A DNA stretch of 64,000 bases, from contig NZ_LVZK01000003.1 of assembly GCF_001652275.1 (NCBI RefSeq), positions 383,672 through 447,671 on the forward strand. Direction: 5' to 3'. Source of the DNA: Peptidiphaga gingivicola (GTDB lineage Bacteria > Actinomycetota > Actinomycetes > Actinomycetales > Actinomycetaceae). Positions within the stretch are counted from its first letter, which is position 1, and each line of letters starts with the position of its first letter. A program made the translations under genes and the position numbers. This document shows, piece after piece, positions 50,775 through 61,157 of this stretch. Under the pieces are notes generated by a model. The model did no database searches, was not told where the DNA came from, and worked only from the letters and a program-made list of their open reading frames with translations.

Positions 50775-52106
50775 TTAAGAGAACAAAGCCTGCCCTACGT
50801 ACTCGTCCCCCTCCTTGATCCCGGGCGGAATCACGAACAGCGCCGAGGCCGTGGTCTGCAGGTACTCCGTCAGCAGGTCGCTCGACATCTTCCTGAGGAT
50901 TCGTATGAAGTTGTTCTCAGGATTGCGCACGAAGGCGACGAAGAACAGACCGCCCTGGAGCCGCCCCAGGCTGTCCGAGCCCTCCATGAAGTTGTAGCCG
51001 CGCCGGAGCATCCTGTGCCCCGAGTTGTGGTCGGGGTGCATGAGCGCCATGTGCGACTCCTTGTCGATGACGGTTTCGCCCTTCTCGTCTTTCTTCTTGA
51101 AGTTCGGTGCGGTGAACTCCTTGCCGCCTGAAAGCGGGGCGCCCTCGATCTTGTCGCGGCCGATGATGTTCTCCTGCTCGGAGAGGACGAGGTCGTCCCA
51201 CACCTCCATCATCATTTTGATCTTGCGGCATGCCATGTAAGTGCCGCCCTCCCAGACGTCCCCGTTTGGGTCGCCCTTTTGAATCCACAGGCTCTGGGAG
51301 AGATAGTCCGTCTCGTCGGACTTGATGTTGTTCGTCCCGTCCTTGAAGCCGAAGAGATTGCGGGGAGTCGCCTGCGACTTCGACGTCGACGACGTCCGCC
51401 CGTAGCCGAGCTGGCTCCAGCGCACCGAGGCCCTCCCGAAGGCGATTCGCGAGAGGTTGTGGATCGCGTGCATGGCGACCATGGGATCTTCGGCGCACGC
51501 TTGCACGACGAGGTCTCCGCCGCACCTGGCCTGATCGAGTTTCTCCGCGGACATGCGCGGAATCTCGGCGAGAAGGAGCTCTGGCTTTTTGCTTGCGATG
51601 CCGAACCGGTCGACGCCGTCGGCGGTCCTGAACAGGGTCGAACCGAAGCCGAAGGTGATCGTCAAGCCCGAAGGGCCCAAGTTCATGGTCTCGCCCGTGT
51701 CATCGGGCGGAACCTCCTTGAAAGACTTCATCGGATTGACGAGCTCTCCGGCCATGAGCTTCTCGGCCGCAAGCGTCCAATCCTTGAGGAGTTCGACGAG
51801 GTCCTCGCGGGATTTCGTCGTGACGTCGTAGGCCGCCGTGTGCATCTGCTGCTGCTGCGGAGTGACGATGCCGCTCTGGTGCTTGCCGCGAAACGGGTAT
51901 CGCACCCCGTCGACGTCGGCTTTCTTCTCGCCTTCCTCGACGCCGCTGGAGCGCCCGAACGGATAGCCGACGGCGGCGCCCGCGCCGAGGCCGAGTGCGG
52001 CGAGGCCGCCCCCGAGGAGCACAGCGCGGCGGCTTACTCCTCGGGGCGCCTCTTCCTTAGGCTCGGAAACCTCGGACGATTCAAATTCCGAATCCTCGGA
52101 GCTCAT
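50775..52106 (-). CDS. efeB: Dyp-type peroxidase / deferrochelatase EfeB with a Tat signal
   Basis: RRAVLLGGG twin-arginine motif, Dyp peroxidase core. Confidence 0.85.
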   Translation of the reverse strand: MSSEDSEFESSEVSEPKEEAPRGVSRRAVLLGGGLAALGLGAGAAVGYPFGRSSGVEEGEKKADVDGVRYPFRGKHQSGIVTPQQQQMHTAAYDVTTKSREDLVELLKDWTLAAEKLMAGELVNPMKSFKEVPPDDTGETMNLGPSGLTITFGFGSTLFRTADGVDRFGIASKKPELLLAEIPRMSAEKLDQARCGGDLVVQACAEDPMVAMHAIHNLSRIAFGRASVRWSQLGYGRTSSTSKSQATPRNLFGFKDGTNNIKSDETDYLSQSLWIQKGDPNGDVWEGGTYMACRKIKMMMEVWDDLVLSEQENIIGRDKIEGAPLSGGKEFTAPNFKKKDEKGETVIDKESHMALMHPDHNSGHRMLRRGYNFMEGSDSLGRLQGGLFFVAFVRNPENNFIRILRKMSSDLLTEYLQTTASALFVIPPGIKEGDEYVGQALFS

Positions 52107-52121
52107 TGCTTCGATTCCACC

Positions 52122-53330
52122 TCATTTCTTAGACGTCGATTCCCCGGCGTCTTTGAGGATCGCCTCGGTCAGCTTGGCCAACGGCTTGCGCAGGGCGTTG
52201 ACGGAGTCGGAAAGCTGCTTGCGCTGCGCCTCGTTGAGCTTGTCGTAGTAGACGTAGCCGTCGCCCTGCTTGTACTTGTCAAGCTCGGCCTGGAGCTGGT
52301 CGAAGCGCTTGGAGATCTCCTTGGCCAGCGCCGGATCTTTCTTCTTGGCGATTGCCTCGACGTTGCCGTAGGCGACCTTGGCGCCTTCCACGTTGGCCTG
52401 GAAGTCCCACAGATCGGTGTGGGAGAAGGCTTCCTCTTCACCCGTGATCTTCGTGGTCGCGACTTCCTCGAGCAAGTTGATGGCGCCGTTCGAGATGTCG
52501 GCGAGCTTGATGGAGAAGTCCTTGGCGTACACCAGATCGTAAAGCTTCTGGGTGTCTGCGACGAGCTGCTCGGAAGCCTTCGCCCTCTGCTCGTCGTTCA
52601 ACCCCTCGAAGCCGTCGGGGCGCCAGAGGTCTTTCTCAATGTAATGCCACCCCTTCCACGCACGGGTGTCTTTGTCTTCCGTCTCCTGCCAATCGGCCTC
52701 GCGCTCGTCGAGGGCCGGATCGAGGTCGCCGAACTTCTCCGCCGTCGGCTCGATCCTCTCGTAGTGCTGGCGGGTCGCGGCATAGAGGGAGCGCGCCTTG
52801 TCGAGATTGCCCGCCTTGTACGCCTCGGCAAACGCCTTTGTCTTCTCGAGGAGCTGGCCGGCCTGGTCGCGGTTGTAGGCGTTGTAGTTCGAAACGGCCT
52901 GGTCTTGGAGCTTCTTCTCGTCGCCGCCGGCCTCGACCTTCTTGCCCGAGTCGCTGACCGTGAACTTCTTCGCCCCGACCAGCGCGCCGACCATGTTCTT
53001 TTTGCAAGCTGTGTAGTAGCTGCCGGACTCCAGCACCACGGTGTACTTCACGGTGGTTCCGGGAGCCAGGTTCTCCCGCTCGCCGACGATTCGAAGCTTG
53101 TCCGGGGCCAGAATCTCAAACTCGTTCTTGACCGTGCCCTCGTTCTTGAGGGTGAAGACGACCCTGCCGGATTCCGTCTTCGCCGCAGAAACGTCGCATT
53201 TGTCGTCGGCGATGGTCACGCTCAGTCTCTGAGAGCCGCTCGATCCGCCCTTGTCGGAGGCGTTGTCGTTCGACACGCAGCCGGCCAGCAGAACGGCCGC
53301 AACGGCCGCCGAAGATAGCAACTTACGCAT
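52122..53330 (-). CDS. efeO: Iron-uptake lipoprotein EfeO (cupredoxin plus imelysin-like domains)
   Basis: Lipobox LLAGC. Operon position between efeU and efeB. Confidence 0.8.
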   Translation of the reverse strand: MRKLLSSAAVAAVLLAGCVSNDNASDKGGSSGSQRLSVTIADDKCDVSAAKTESGRVVFTLKNEGTVKNEFEILAPDKLRIVGERENLAPGTTVKYTVVLESGSYYTACKKNMVGALVGAKKFTVSDSGKKVEAGGDEKKLQDQAVSNYNAYNRDQAGQLLEKTKAFAEAYKAGNLDKARSLYAATRQHYERIEPTAEKFGDLDPALDEREADWQETEDKDTRAWKGWHYIEKDLWRPDGFEGLNDEQRAKASEQLVADTQKLYDLVYAKDFSIKLADISNGAINLLEEVATTKITGEEEAFSHTDLWDFQANVEGAKVAYGNVEAIAKKKDPALAKEISKRFDQLQAELDKYKQGDGYVYYDKLNEAQRKQLSDSVNALRKPLAKLTEAILKDAGESTSKK

Positions 53331-54186
53331 TGTTGTTCCTTACCTGGTTTGAAACAGAGGACTTTCCGCGCACCTGTCGTGTGAACAGCGGCAGGCACAC
53401 AAGGAGATAGACGGCCCAGCCGAGGATCTGCAAGAGCGTAGGGCCCATGAGGACTTTTAGCTGGAAGAAAGCGTCGAAGAGATTGAACCACCACGACGAG
53501 GCGTGGTTCGCGATCGTCTCGGTGAAGTCGTAGACGGTGTGTCCATGCCCCGGAATCAATCCGGACTCTTGGAGGTCGTTGATCCCGTATGCGACTATTC
53601 CCGCCGCCACGACGATGAGGAGGTAGCCCGTCACCGTGAAGAAGGACCTGAGATTGACGGCGACAGACCCCTTGTAGACGAGATACCCGATGACGACGGC
53701 GGCGGCGAGCCCCAAAACGAGCCCGGCGATCGGCGCCGCGCCGTTTCCTTTCTCGACGCCGGACTTGACTGTCGGCCATATGAACAGCGCGGTCTCGAGG
53801 CCCTCTCTGCCGACTGCGAGAATGGCGACCCATGCGATTCCCATCGCCGACCCGCCCTGCAAGGCGCTGTCCGCCGCCTTGCGAAGCTCTTTGGAAAGAG
53901 TGCGCGCATTCTTTCCCATCCAAAAGATCATCCATGTGACAAAGCCGACGGCGACGAGCGACAGCGTTCCGCCGATGATCTCCTGAGCCGCAAAGGTCAA
54001 TGTGGACGGGCCCCACGTCATGAAGGCCCCGGCGCCTGCGGGAACGGCGACGGCGACAGCGACGCCGATCCACAGGTATTTCAGGACGTCTTTGCGTCCG
54101 GCCTTGACAAGGTAGGCCACCAGAATGCCGACGATAAGCGAGGCCTCGACGCCCTCTCTCAGAGCGATGACAAAGGCGCTGAGCAT
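53323..54186 (-). CDS. efeU: FTR1-family ferrous-iron permease EfeU
   Basis: REGVE motifs, 7 TM helices. Confidence 0.85.
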   Translation of the reverse strand: MLSAFVIALREGVEASLIVGILVAYLVKAGRKDVLKYLWIGVAVAVAVPAGAGAFMTWGPSTLTFAAQEIIGGTLSLVAVGFVTWMIFWMGKNARTLSKELRKAADSALQGGSAMGIAWVAILAVGREGLETALFIWPTVKSGVEKGNGAAPIAGLVLGLAAAVVIGYLVYKGSVAVNLRSFFTVTGYLLIVVAAGIVAYGINDLQESGLIPGHGHTVYDFTETIANHASSWWFNLFDAFFQLKVLMGPTLLQILGWAVYLLVCLPLFTRQVRGKSSVSNQVRNNNA

Positions 54187-54253
54187 GGAAACCCCCTCGG
54201 ACTAAGTTAGGCATTGCTTACCTTACTATCTCGGGAGGGGGTAGTGAAACCCG

Positions 54254-56095
54254 TCAGAGGTTTTTCGTGAAGAAGTCCCTCAGAGACCCTTCGCTTTCGA
54301 TCGCGTCAAGAGGACCTGAAGCGACCGTGCGTCCGCGATCGAGGAGGAGAACGAGGTCCGCTTCGGCAACGGCGTCGAGGCGATGGGTGATCTCGAGGAT
54401 CGTACACGGAATTTTCCGCAGATTGACGCGTACTTTCGATTGAAGCTCCGCATTGAGATTGGCGGTGAACTCGTCGAGGACAAGGATCTTGGGGCGCATG
54501 AGGAGCGCGCGAGCCAGGCACAGCCTCTGGGCCTGGCCCCCCGAAAGTTCGCGGCCCGCCACGCCCACGCCGGTGGCCAGCCCATCGGGCATCTGACGGA
54601 CTTCGTCGGCCAAACACGCGATTTCAAGTGCGTTCCACACTTCTTCCTCGCTCGCATCGGGCATGCCCAACGTCACGTTCTCGAGAATGCTCGCGTCGAG
54701 AAGCTCGCACTTCTGGGACACGCCGACGATGCAGCGCCGCAGGGAGTCGAGCGTGTAGCGGCTGAGGGGGGTCCCGCCAAGCAACACTTCGCCGGCGTCG
54801 GGGTCGTCGTAGCGCAAAAGGAGGGAGGCAGCCGTCGTTTTTCCGGAGCCTGACGGGCCGACGAGGACGGCGTGCCCTCCTGCGGCGACGTCCAGACAAA
54901 AGTCCGAAAGGGCGGGCGCAGGAGATCCGGCATACGTATAGCTGACGCCGTTGAAGGACACTTCGGCGGGGCCGGCAAGCTCAAGGGTCTCTTGCCCGTC
55001 TGCCACTCGGGGAGGTTCGTGGCATATCTCCCACAGACGGCGAGCGGCCGCCAGCGAGTGGTCGAGATATCCTGCCGCGTCTTCTACCCCGCGCAGCCCT
55101 TCGAACAAGCGCAGGCACCCGGCCGCGAGGGCAGCGACCGTCACAGGCGAGCACCCCTGCGACGTCGCGACCGCCGCCGCGCCGATGGAGCTTGCCAGGG
55201 CAAGGAAGACGTTTGCTCCCCTGCGAAAGGCGTTTGCGCGGCGTGCGGTTCCCGCCGACTGCCCGATCGAGCGCCCCAAGGCGTCCGTCTCCTCCAATCG
55301 CCTGAGTTGACGCCCGTATCCAATGATTTCTTCGGCCCCGAACACGCTGTCGGTGACGTGATGGGCAAGTTCCCGCCGCAGCTCGAGGGTGCGCCGCGTC
55401 GCCCGCATTGAAGCGCGCAGGCCGACGAATGGGACGACCGTCAGAGCCAGTGCGACGCACGCCGCGGGAATTGCGACGGCCTGCCACCCCGCCGCGAGTC
55501 CCGCGCCGACCACGAAAACGGGCGGGACGACGAGTGCGGAAACGACCGGGGCGAATGTGTGGGCATAGACGACCTCGATTCGGTCGACGTCGCGCGTGAG
55601 GCTCGCGAGCACGTCGCCGGAGCGCGTTGCCCCGACAATGGCAGGAGCTTTGGGCCACAGGTTGGAGAAAACCATGGTTCTCAGCAACTCCAGGGCCTTG
55701 AAGGCCACATAGTGCCCTGTGAGCTGTTCCAGATAGTATGCGGCGGCCTTGGCCATGGCTACGAGCACGAGCGCGGGAAGATAGCTTCCGAGGCCTTTTC
55801 CTTGGACGGAGGAAACGGCGCCGGCCGCAGCGAGCCCGAAGAGCACCACGTCAAGGCTGAGATTGACGATGCGAAGAAGCGTCGAAACGAAGAGAGGCCT
55901 GTGGACGGGCCGCGTCTGGGAGGTCAGCCATCTGATGAGCTCGCGCGTGGTCGGCTCCGCCAGCCCCGCGGCGTCCCGACCCGCGGCGCCGCCGACACGA
56001 TCCGCAGAGAACGCGCGCCCATTCTCTGCCGATTCGCCGTTTGCCGCCTCTTCAAGCCTCGGACCGTCGGCGCTCACAGCGTTTCCCCCGCGCAT
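54254..56095 (-). CDS. ABC exporter, fused permease/ATPase (CydC-like, second subunit of a heterodimer)
   Basis: TMD followed by an NBD with Walker A, LSGGQ, and Walker B. Overlaps the upstream partner gene by about 22 nt. Confidence 0.75.
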   Translation of the reverse strand: MRGGNAVSADGPRLEEAANGESAENGRAFSADRVGGAAGRDAAGLAEPTTRELIRWLTSQTRPVHRPLFVSTLLRIVNLSLDVVLFGLAAAGAVSSVQGKGLGSYLPALVLVAMAKAAAYYLEQLTGHYVAFKALELLRTMVFSNLWPKAPAIVGATRSGDVLASLTRDVDRIEVVYAHTFAPVVSALVVPPVFVVGAGLAAGWQAVAIPAACVALALTVVPFVGLRASMRATRRTLELRRELAHHVTDSVFGAEEIIGYGRQLRRLEETDALGRSIGQSAGTARRANAFRRGANVFLALASSIGAAAVATSQGCSPVTVAALAAGCLRLFEGLRGVEDAAGYLDHSLAAARRLWEICHEPPRVADGQETLELAGPAEVSFNGVSYTYAGSPAPALSDFCLDVAAGGHAVLVGPSGSGKTTAASLLLRYDDPDAGEVLLGGTPLSRYTLDSLRRCIVGVSQKCELLDASILENVTLGMPDASEEEVWNALEIACLADEVRQMPDGLATGVGVAGRELSGGQAQRLCLARALLMRPKILVLDEFTANLNAELQSKVRVNLRKIPCTILEITHRLDAVAEADLVLLLDRGRTVASGPLDAIESEGSLRDFFTKNL

Positions 56096-57825
56096 TCGAA
56101 CAGCATGCCGTCCTTCATTTCATACACTTTGTCTGCGACGTCGAGCAGCGCAGACCTGTGGGTGACGAGAACCACGGTCAGGTCGCGGCCCAAGGAACGC
56201 AGAGCGTCGACGATTCTGGCTTCGGATTCGATGTCGACCTGCGACGTCGGTTCGTCCAAGAGGAGGATTCGCCGCCCGGAAAGCAGGGCCCGCGCGATGG
56301 AGATCCTCTGAGCCTGGCCTCCTGAGAGGAACGCGCCTTGCTCGCCCACGTCAGTGTCAAGTCCTTTGGGCATCCGCTCAATCTCATCGGCGATCTGCGC
56401 TCCCCGGAGGGCATTCCACATTTCCTCCTGGGTCGCGTCTTCCTTCGCCAGCCGAAGGTTGTCGGCAATCGTGCCTGTGAAAAGCCACGTCGTCTGCGCC
56501 ACTCGGGCCGTCAAGGCGGCCGCTTCTTCGGCGCTCGCAAAAGCGAGGTTCTTGCCGTCGATCAGCACGCTCCCGCGGGCAGGCCGAAGCGCCCCGCCCA
56601 TAAGCCCCATGAGCGTCGACTTGCCGCCGCCCGAACGGCCGACGACGGCGATCTTGCTTCCCGATGCGACCGCGAGATCGACTCCGTGGAGGACCTCTCC
56701 GCGCCCGTAGTCAAAGCTCACATTTCGCACGACGACGGGGCAGCCGACGCGGTCAGCTGCGCCAGGGCCCCCGCCCTCGTCCGCCCCGTCTTCCGCGCCG
56801 ACGTCGCCGCTTGCGCCGGCATCGGCCTGCGTGGCCGCATCAACGTTCGCGCCTGCGTCGGCGTCGCCGCCCGCGCCGCCCTTGGCCGCCGCGCCCTCCG
56901 CACTCGGATCCGCGTGGTTGTCGATATATGCCCTTATCGCGCGTTGGGAGGCGATTCCACCCATTCCGATGTAGAAGAATCCAGCGACTTGCACAAGCGG
57001 TTCGATGAGAAGCGCAGTCAGAAGCACCGTTGCGAGAACTTGCGACGCCGTCACTGCGCCGGCGTTGAAGCGGACAACGGCCAGCGTGCACGTGGCACAG
57101 ATGAGAATGAGAGAGAAGAGGCCGTCCACGACGATGATGACAAGCTGGTTCCCCGCGAGCAGTTTCATGATGGCCCCGCGGTTGCGCTCTCCCTGGTCTT
57201 TGAGCTGGCGTTCAATTCGAGGTCCGGCGCCGAGCAGGCGTATCGTCACGAGGTTGCGAATGGCGTCGAGATACTTTCCGGCCAAAATCGCGCGCTCCTT
57301 ACGCGATTTAGCCGACGTCTTCCTGAAGAAACGCATGAAAACTGCGAGCAGAACGGGAATGAGCGGACATAGAGCCATGATCGTCAATCCGAGAACAGGA
57401 TCGAACGAGACTGAAATGTAAGCGAGAGCGATGAAAGGTATTAGAAAAGCGGCAAGGGTCGATCCTAAATAGATCTGGCGGTATTCGGTCACCCTTTCGA
57501 CATTGTCGGTCAGAAGCTGAACCGCGTGCGCTCCCGAAGACTCCTGGTTTCGGGAGGCAAAAAGACGTGAGAGCAGACTTCGCCGGATGCGCCGTTCCTC
57601 AGCTCGAGCCGCATGCCCCCCGAAAAGGATCTCGGCGAATGCCGCAAGGCCGGCTGCGCAGGCGCAGGCCAGAGGACCGGCGAAACTCTCCCGCCCGTCT
57701 GCAATGCCGGCGACGCCGACCAGCGCGGCGCCCGTGAATGCGGCGCTGGCGATTCTCAGCGCCGCGACTACGCACGAATCGCGGACTCCCGCGGGTGAGA
57801 TCACCGGAGTCTTCGACGCCATCAC
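56074..57825 (-). CDS. ABC exporter, fused permease/ATPase (CydD-like, first subunit). Has an Ala/Gly/Asp-rich insertion between the TMD and NBD.
   Basis: TMD plus NBD (GRSGGGKST, LSGGQAQRISIARAL). Confidence 0.75.
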   Translation of the reverse strand: MMASKTPVISPAGVRDSCVVAALRIASAAFTGAALVGVAGIADGRESFAGPLACACAAGLAAFAEILFGGHAARAEERRIRRSLLSRLFASRNQESSGAHAVQLLTDNVERVTEYRQIYLGSTLAAFLIPFIALAYISVSFDPVLGLTIMALCPLIPVLLAVFMRFFRKTSAKSRKERAILAGKYLDAIRNLVTIRLLGAGPRIERQLKDQGERNRGAIMKLLAGNQLVIIVVDGLFSLILICATCTLAVVRFNAGAVTASQVLATVLLTALLIEPLVQVAGFFYIGMGGIASQRAIRAYIDNHADPSAEGAAAKGGAGGDADAGANVDAATQADAGASGDVGAEDGADEGGGPGAADRVGCPVVVRNVSFDYGRGEVLHGVDLAVASGSKIAVVGRSGGGKSTLMGLMGGALRPARGSVLIDGKNLAFASAEEAAALTARVAQTTWLFTGTIADNLRLAKEDATQEEMWNALRGAQIADEIERMPKGLDTDVGEQGAFLSGGQAQRISIARALLSGRRILLLDEPTSQVDIESEARIVDALRSLGRDLTVVLVTHRSALLDVADKVYEMKDGMLFECAGETL

Positions 57826-58052
57826 ACTCTCCTTAGCGACACGCGTCTCCTACAGGGCAACGCTACCCCATTTCGGCCGCCTGTTGTAAGTGGAACCTTA
57901 CCTTCAAATTGGAAAGTTTGGAAGGTCTGCGTGCCGTCGCGGCGATTTGGCCTCAGGGACGTTTTTACGCCGAATCGAAGAAATCCTGGGCGTCATTGCG
58001 TCGCAGAGGAAGGGCCGCCGCCGTTCCGGCGCACCCGTCCTTCGCGGCGCTC

Positions 58053-59540
58053 TCAGCGCTTGCGGTAAAGAGATTTCCTCTGGTAAATCGGCTCGGACGT
58101 CACGAGCACCCCCAGGTTCCTGAAGATCCCCTCGTCCACAGAGCCGAGGATCGTCGTCGTGTGAGCGTCGCAGCCTCGGAGGTTGCGCAGCTCGTCCAGG
58201 GCCTTGCGCGCGTTGTCGTCGCGCGTCGCGGACACCGACAGGGCAATGAGCACCTCGTCGGTGTGGAGCCTTGGGTTTCTGCTGCCGAGGTGCTCGGTTT
58301 TGAGGGTTTGGATCGGCTCAATGGACTCGCGAGCCAGAAGGTCGACGTCGTCCTCGATCCCGGCCAAAACTTTGAGCGCATTCAAGAGCATGGCCGCCGA
58401 GCATCCGAGGAGCCCTGAGGTCTTGCCTGTGATGATCTTCCCGTTGGGAAGTTCGATTGCGGAGGCCGGCCCGCCCGTGGCCTCCGCTTTCTTCAAGGCG
58501 GGCTCGACGACGACGCGGTCTTCCTTGGCCAGGCCCAACCGCCCCATGATGAGCGCAATGCGCCCGGAGACCACCGGATCGGCTTCCGCCCGCCGCTCAT
58601 CGACCAAGGCCTTGTAGTAGCGTCGAATGATTTCCTGCTTCCCCGCTTCGCGGCAAACGGCGTCGTCGCTGATGCAGTAGCCCGCCATGTTGACGCCCAT
58701 GTCTGTGGGCGACTGGTACGGCGATTCGCCGGCAATTTCCCGAAGCAGCGTCACCAGCAGCGGAAACACTTCGACGTCGCGGTTGTAGCTGACCACCTGC
58801 TCGTTGTAAGCCTGCAAGTGGAAGGGATCGATGAGGTTGACGTCTTCAAGGTCGGCCGTGGCCGCCTCGTACGCCACATTGACCGGATGGCCGAGGGGAA
58901 GGTTCCAAATGGGGAATGTCTCGAACTTTGCATACCCGGCCTTGATCCCCCTGCGATTCTCGTGAAAGAGCTGCGACAGGCACGTCGCGAGCTTTCCCGA
59001 CCCCGGCCCGGGCGCAGTGACGACGATAAGATCCCTGCTCGTTTCGACGTAATCGTTCTTTCCAAACCCTTCGTCGGACACGATGAGCTTCGTGTTGCCC
59101 GGATACCCCTCGATGCGCCGATGTTGGGCGACCTTCAGGCCGAGGCGCTCCATCCGCCTCTTGAACGTCTTTGCCGGCGTGTTGTCATCCTCCATTTGAG
59201 TGAGCACGACGTTCTCAACCAGGAAGCCCCTTTCACGGAATACGTCCACCAGCCGGAGCACGTCCTCCTGATACGAGATTCCGAGATCCGCCCTGACTTT
59301 GGCCAGTAAGTTGGCATTGACGGCGACGACGATTTCAAGTTCGTCTCGCAGCCTCTCGAGCATCGCGATCTTATTGTCGGGGGTGAACCCTGGAAGTACG
59401 CGAGAAGCGTGCATGTCGTCAAAAAGCTTGCCTCCCATTTCGAGGTACAGCTTTCCTCCGATCTTCCGACGCCGCTCGCCGATATGCTCGGACTGCATCG
59501 AAATGTATCGTTCTCGGTCAAACCCGATCGCTTGCGCCAC
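58053..59540 (-). CDS. DUF1846 (UPF0371) family protein
   Basis: GTG start at 59540 with an AGGAGG ribosome-binding site. N-terminus [20 protein letters not shown]...[24 protein letters not shown]. Confidence 0.6.
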   Translation of the reverse strand: MAQAIGFDRERYISMQSEHIGERRRKIGGKLYLEMGGKLFDDMHASRVLPGFTPDNKIAMLERLRDELEIVVAVNANLLAKVRADLGISYQEDVLRLVDVFRERGFLVENVVLTQMEDDNTPAKTFKRRMERLGLKVAQHRRIEGYPGNTKLIVSDEGFGKNDYVETSRDLIVVTAPGPGSGKLATCLSQLFHENRRGIKAGYAKFETFPIWNLPLGHPVNVAYEAATADLEDVNLIDPFHLQAYNEQVVSYNRDVEVFPLLVTLLREIAGESPYQSPTDMGVNMAGYCISDDAVCREAGKQEIIRRYYKALVDERRAEADPVVSGRIALIMGRLGLAKEDRVVVEPALKKAEATGGPASAIELPNGKIITGKTSGLLGCSAAMLLNALKVLAGIEDDVDLLARESIEPIQTLKTEHLGSRNPRLHTDEVLIALSVSATRDDNARKALDELRNLRGCDAHTTTILGSVDEGIFRNLGVLVTSEPIYQRKSLYRKR

Positions 59541-59698
59541 CGTAATCCTCCTGTAGTAGACAACCTCTGGAATGATAAGCCATCCAAGTCCGCGGCGCCT
59601 CCCAAAATCGCCTTGCAATCGCCCGTCGCCCCTCGCGAGCCGCGCATTCCCGAGCACCGCACGTGCATCTTGACGGGTGATTTGGTGCGGTCTAGAAT

Positions 59699-59728
59699 GT
59701 GAATGAACATTTCGAACTATTCATTCAC
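59699..59728. promoter_or_regulatory. Palindromic operator 1: GTGAATGAAC-N10-(A)TTCATTCAC, upstream of the TetR gene
   Basis: Inverted repeat read directly, 43 bp upstream of the TetR ATG. Confidence 0.7.
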
Positions 59729-59770
59729 CTCTTCTCGAGGGACCGTCGAGTAAGGCATTTCGTGGACAAC

Positions 59771-60322
59771 ATGAAACAAGCCCTGCAACGAGCGGCGAAG
59801 CGCAGCTTCGCCAAGAAGGGCTACAAGGCGACGAGCATTTCCGACATTTGCCGCGACGCCCACGTCGCCGTCGGAAGCTTCTACAACTGCTACCCGTCAA
59901 AGGAGGCCATCTTCCTCGAAATATACGCCGAAGAAAACAACCGGATTCGCGCCGAGATGGTGAACGAGATCGACTGGTCCGCCGATCCGACGGAAGTGAT
60001 CCCCGCGATTTTCGACTACACCTTCAAGTGCATGTCCGCCAACAGGATACTGTCCGAGTGGAACAGCCCCGCCATCGGGAAACGCCTGCGCGAACACTAC
60101 CGCGCAGGCGACGGGAAGGAAGACTTCTTCCTACATTTCCTCCTCGCAACATTCGAAAGCTGGATGCACGACGCAGGGTTTGACGAAGAAAAGTCCCGCA
60201 AAGTCCTGCGAGTGTGCGAACTCGTGATCTACGTGGACACACACGTAACCGAAAAGGACTTTCCAGGCGTCGGACAGGCGCTCGAGACCCTTGCGGCATA
60301 CTTCGTCAAGGGACTCTTCTAA
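59771..60322 (+). CDS. TetR/AcrR family transcriptional regulator
   Basis: HTH motif AKRSFAKKGYKATSISDICRDAHVAVGSFYNCYPSKE. Confidence 0.8.
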   Translation: MKQALQRAAKRSFAKKGYKATSISDICRDAHVAVGSFYNCYPSKEAIFLEIYAEENNRIRAEMVNEIDWSADPTEVIPAIFDYTFKCMSANRILSEWNSPAIGKRLREHYRAGDGKEDFFLHFLLATFESWMHDAGFDEEKSRKVLRVCELVIYVDTHVTEKDFPGVGQALETLAAYFVKGLF

Positions 60323-60525
60323 CAGATGCCTTCCAACTTCCGGGATGAGCCCTCTAACGACGGAGCCGAGGTTCCCGCGCAATCACTCCGACCGACCTTA
60401 AAAGGCCCTTCCAACGACGAGGCCGCCCTTGGAGCGGGACCGCGCGATGCCGGATGTGCCAGTAGATCCACAAGAGGCGAAGGCTTCCCAAAGGACTGAA
60501 ACCTCTTCACCCTCAAATGAATGAA

Positions 60526-60555
60526 CGATAAATTATGTTCATTCATATCGGACAG
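60526..60555. promoter_or_regulatory. Palindromic operator 2: ATGAATGAAC-N10-GTTCATTCAT, immediately upstream of a small membrane-protein gene
   Basis: Perfect 10-bp half-sites sharing the TGAATGAAC core with operator 1. Confidence 0.7.
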
Positions 60556-60563
60556 GAAACACC

Positions 60564-60911
60564 ATGACCAAATCGAAAGGAATTACGATGAACGGACCAA
60601 GCATTCTGGGCTATTGCCTGACAATTGTCGGCGTCCTCACGGTCATTTGGGGGGCGACCTTGTTCCGCCCCGATTTAACCGAGTCCAGATTCATGTCCTT
60701 CGCGACGAGCGGGATCATCCTTGCTGCTATCGGCCTATGTTTTATTTCGGCAGTCCCGACCGCAGTGTCAGTCGTCGGGATTTGGGCGGCAACGCTGACC
60801 ACAATGATCTACATCTGGTGGCTGCCCAAAATGGAACTGCCTGTGAGGATCATAAGTTTTGTGCCGCTCATTGCCTTCGCAATATGGCTGACCGTGAAGC
60901 TGCTCAAGTAG
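60564..60911 (+). CDS. Small membrane protein (3 TM helices), probable target of the adjacent TetR regulator
   Basis: 115 aa, hydrophobic. The operator overlaps its promoter. Confidence 0.6.
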   Translation: MTKSKGITMNGPSILGYCLTIVGVLTVIWGATLFRPDLTESRFMSFATSGIILAAIGLCFISAVPTAVSVVGIWAATLTTMIYIWWLPKMELPVRIISFVPLIAFAIWLTVKLLK

Positions 60912-61157
60912 ACACAGGCCCGGCTAGACAAGCACACGGCGTGGGCCTTGGCTCGCCTTGGCTCCACGCCGGGCCCTCGCCGACGAGCACCACGCGTCTT
61001 CACATCCGCTTCCGCTTCGGCAGCGAGAGAGCGACGGCCTTGCTGGCGTTCGCTTCGAGTAAACAGAGGAACGAATTCGGAACGAATGCCTAACGAGACT
61101 CGGCGTGCCGTGTTTCTAAAGGCCATATGCCTACGTGCCTCTTATGGCGTTTGCCCT

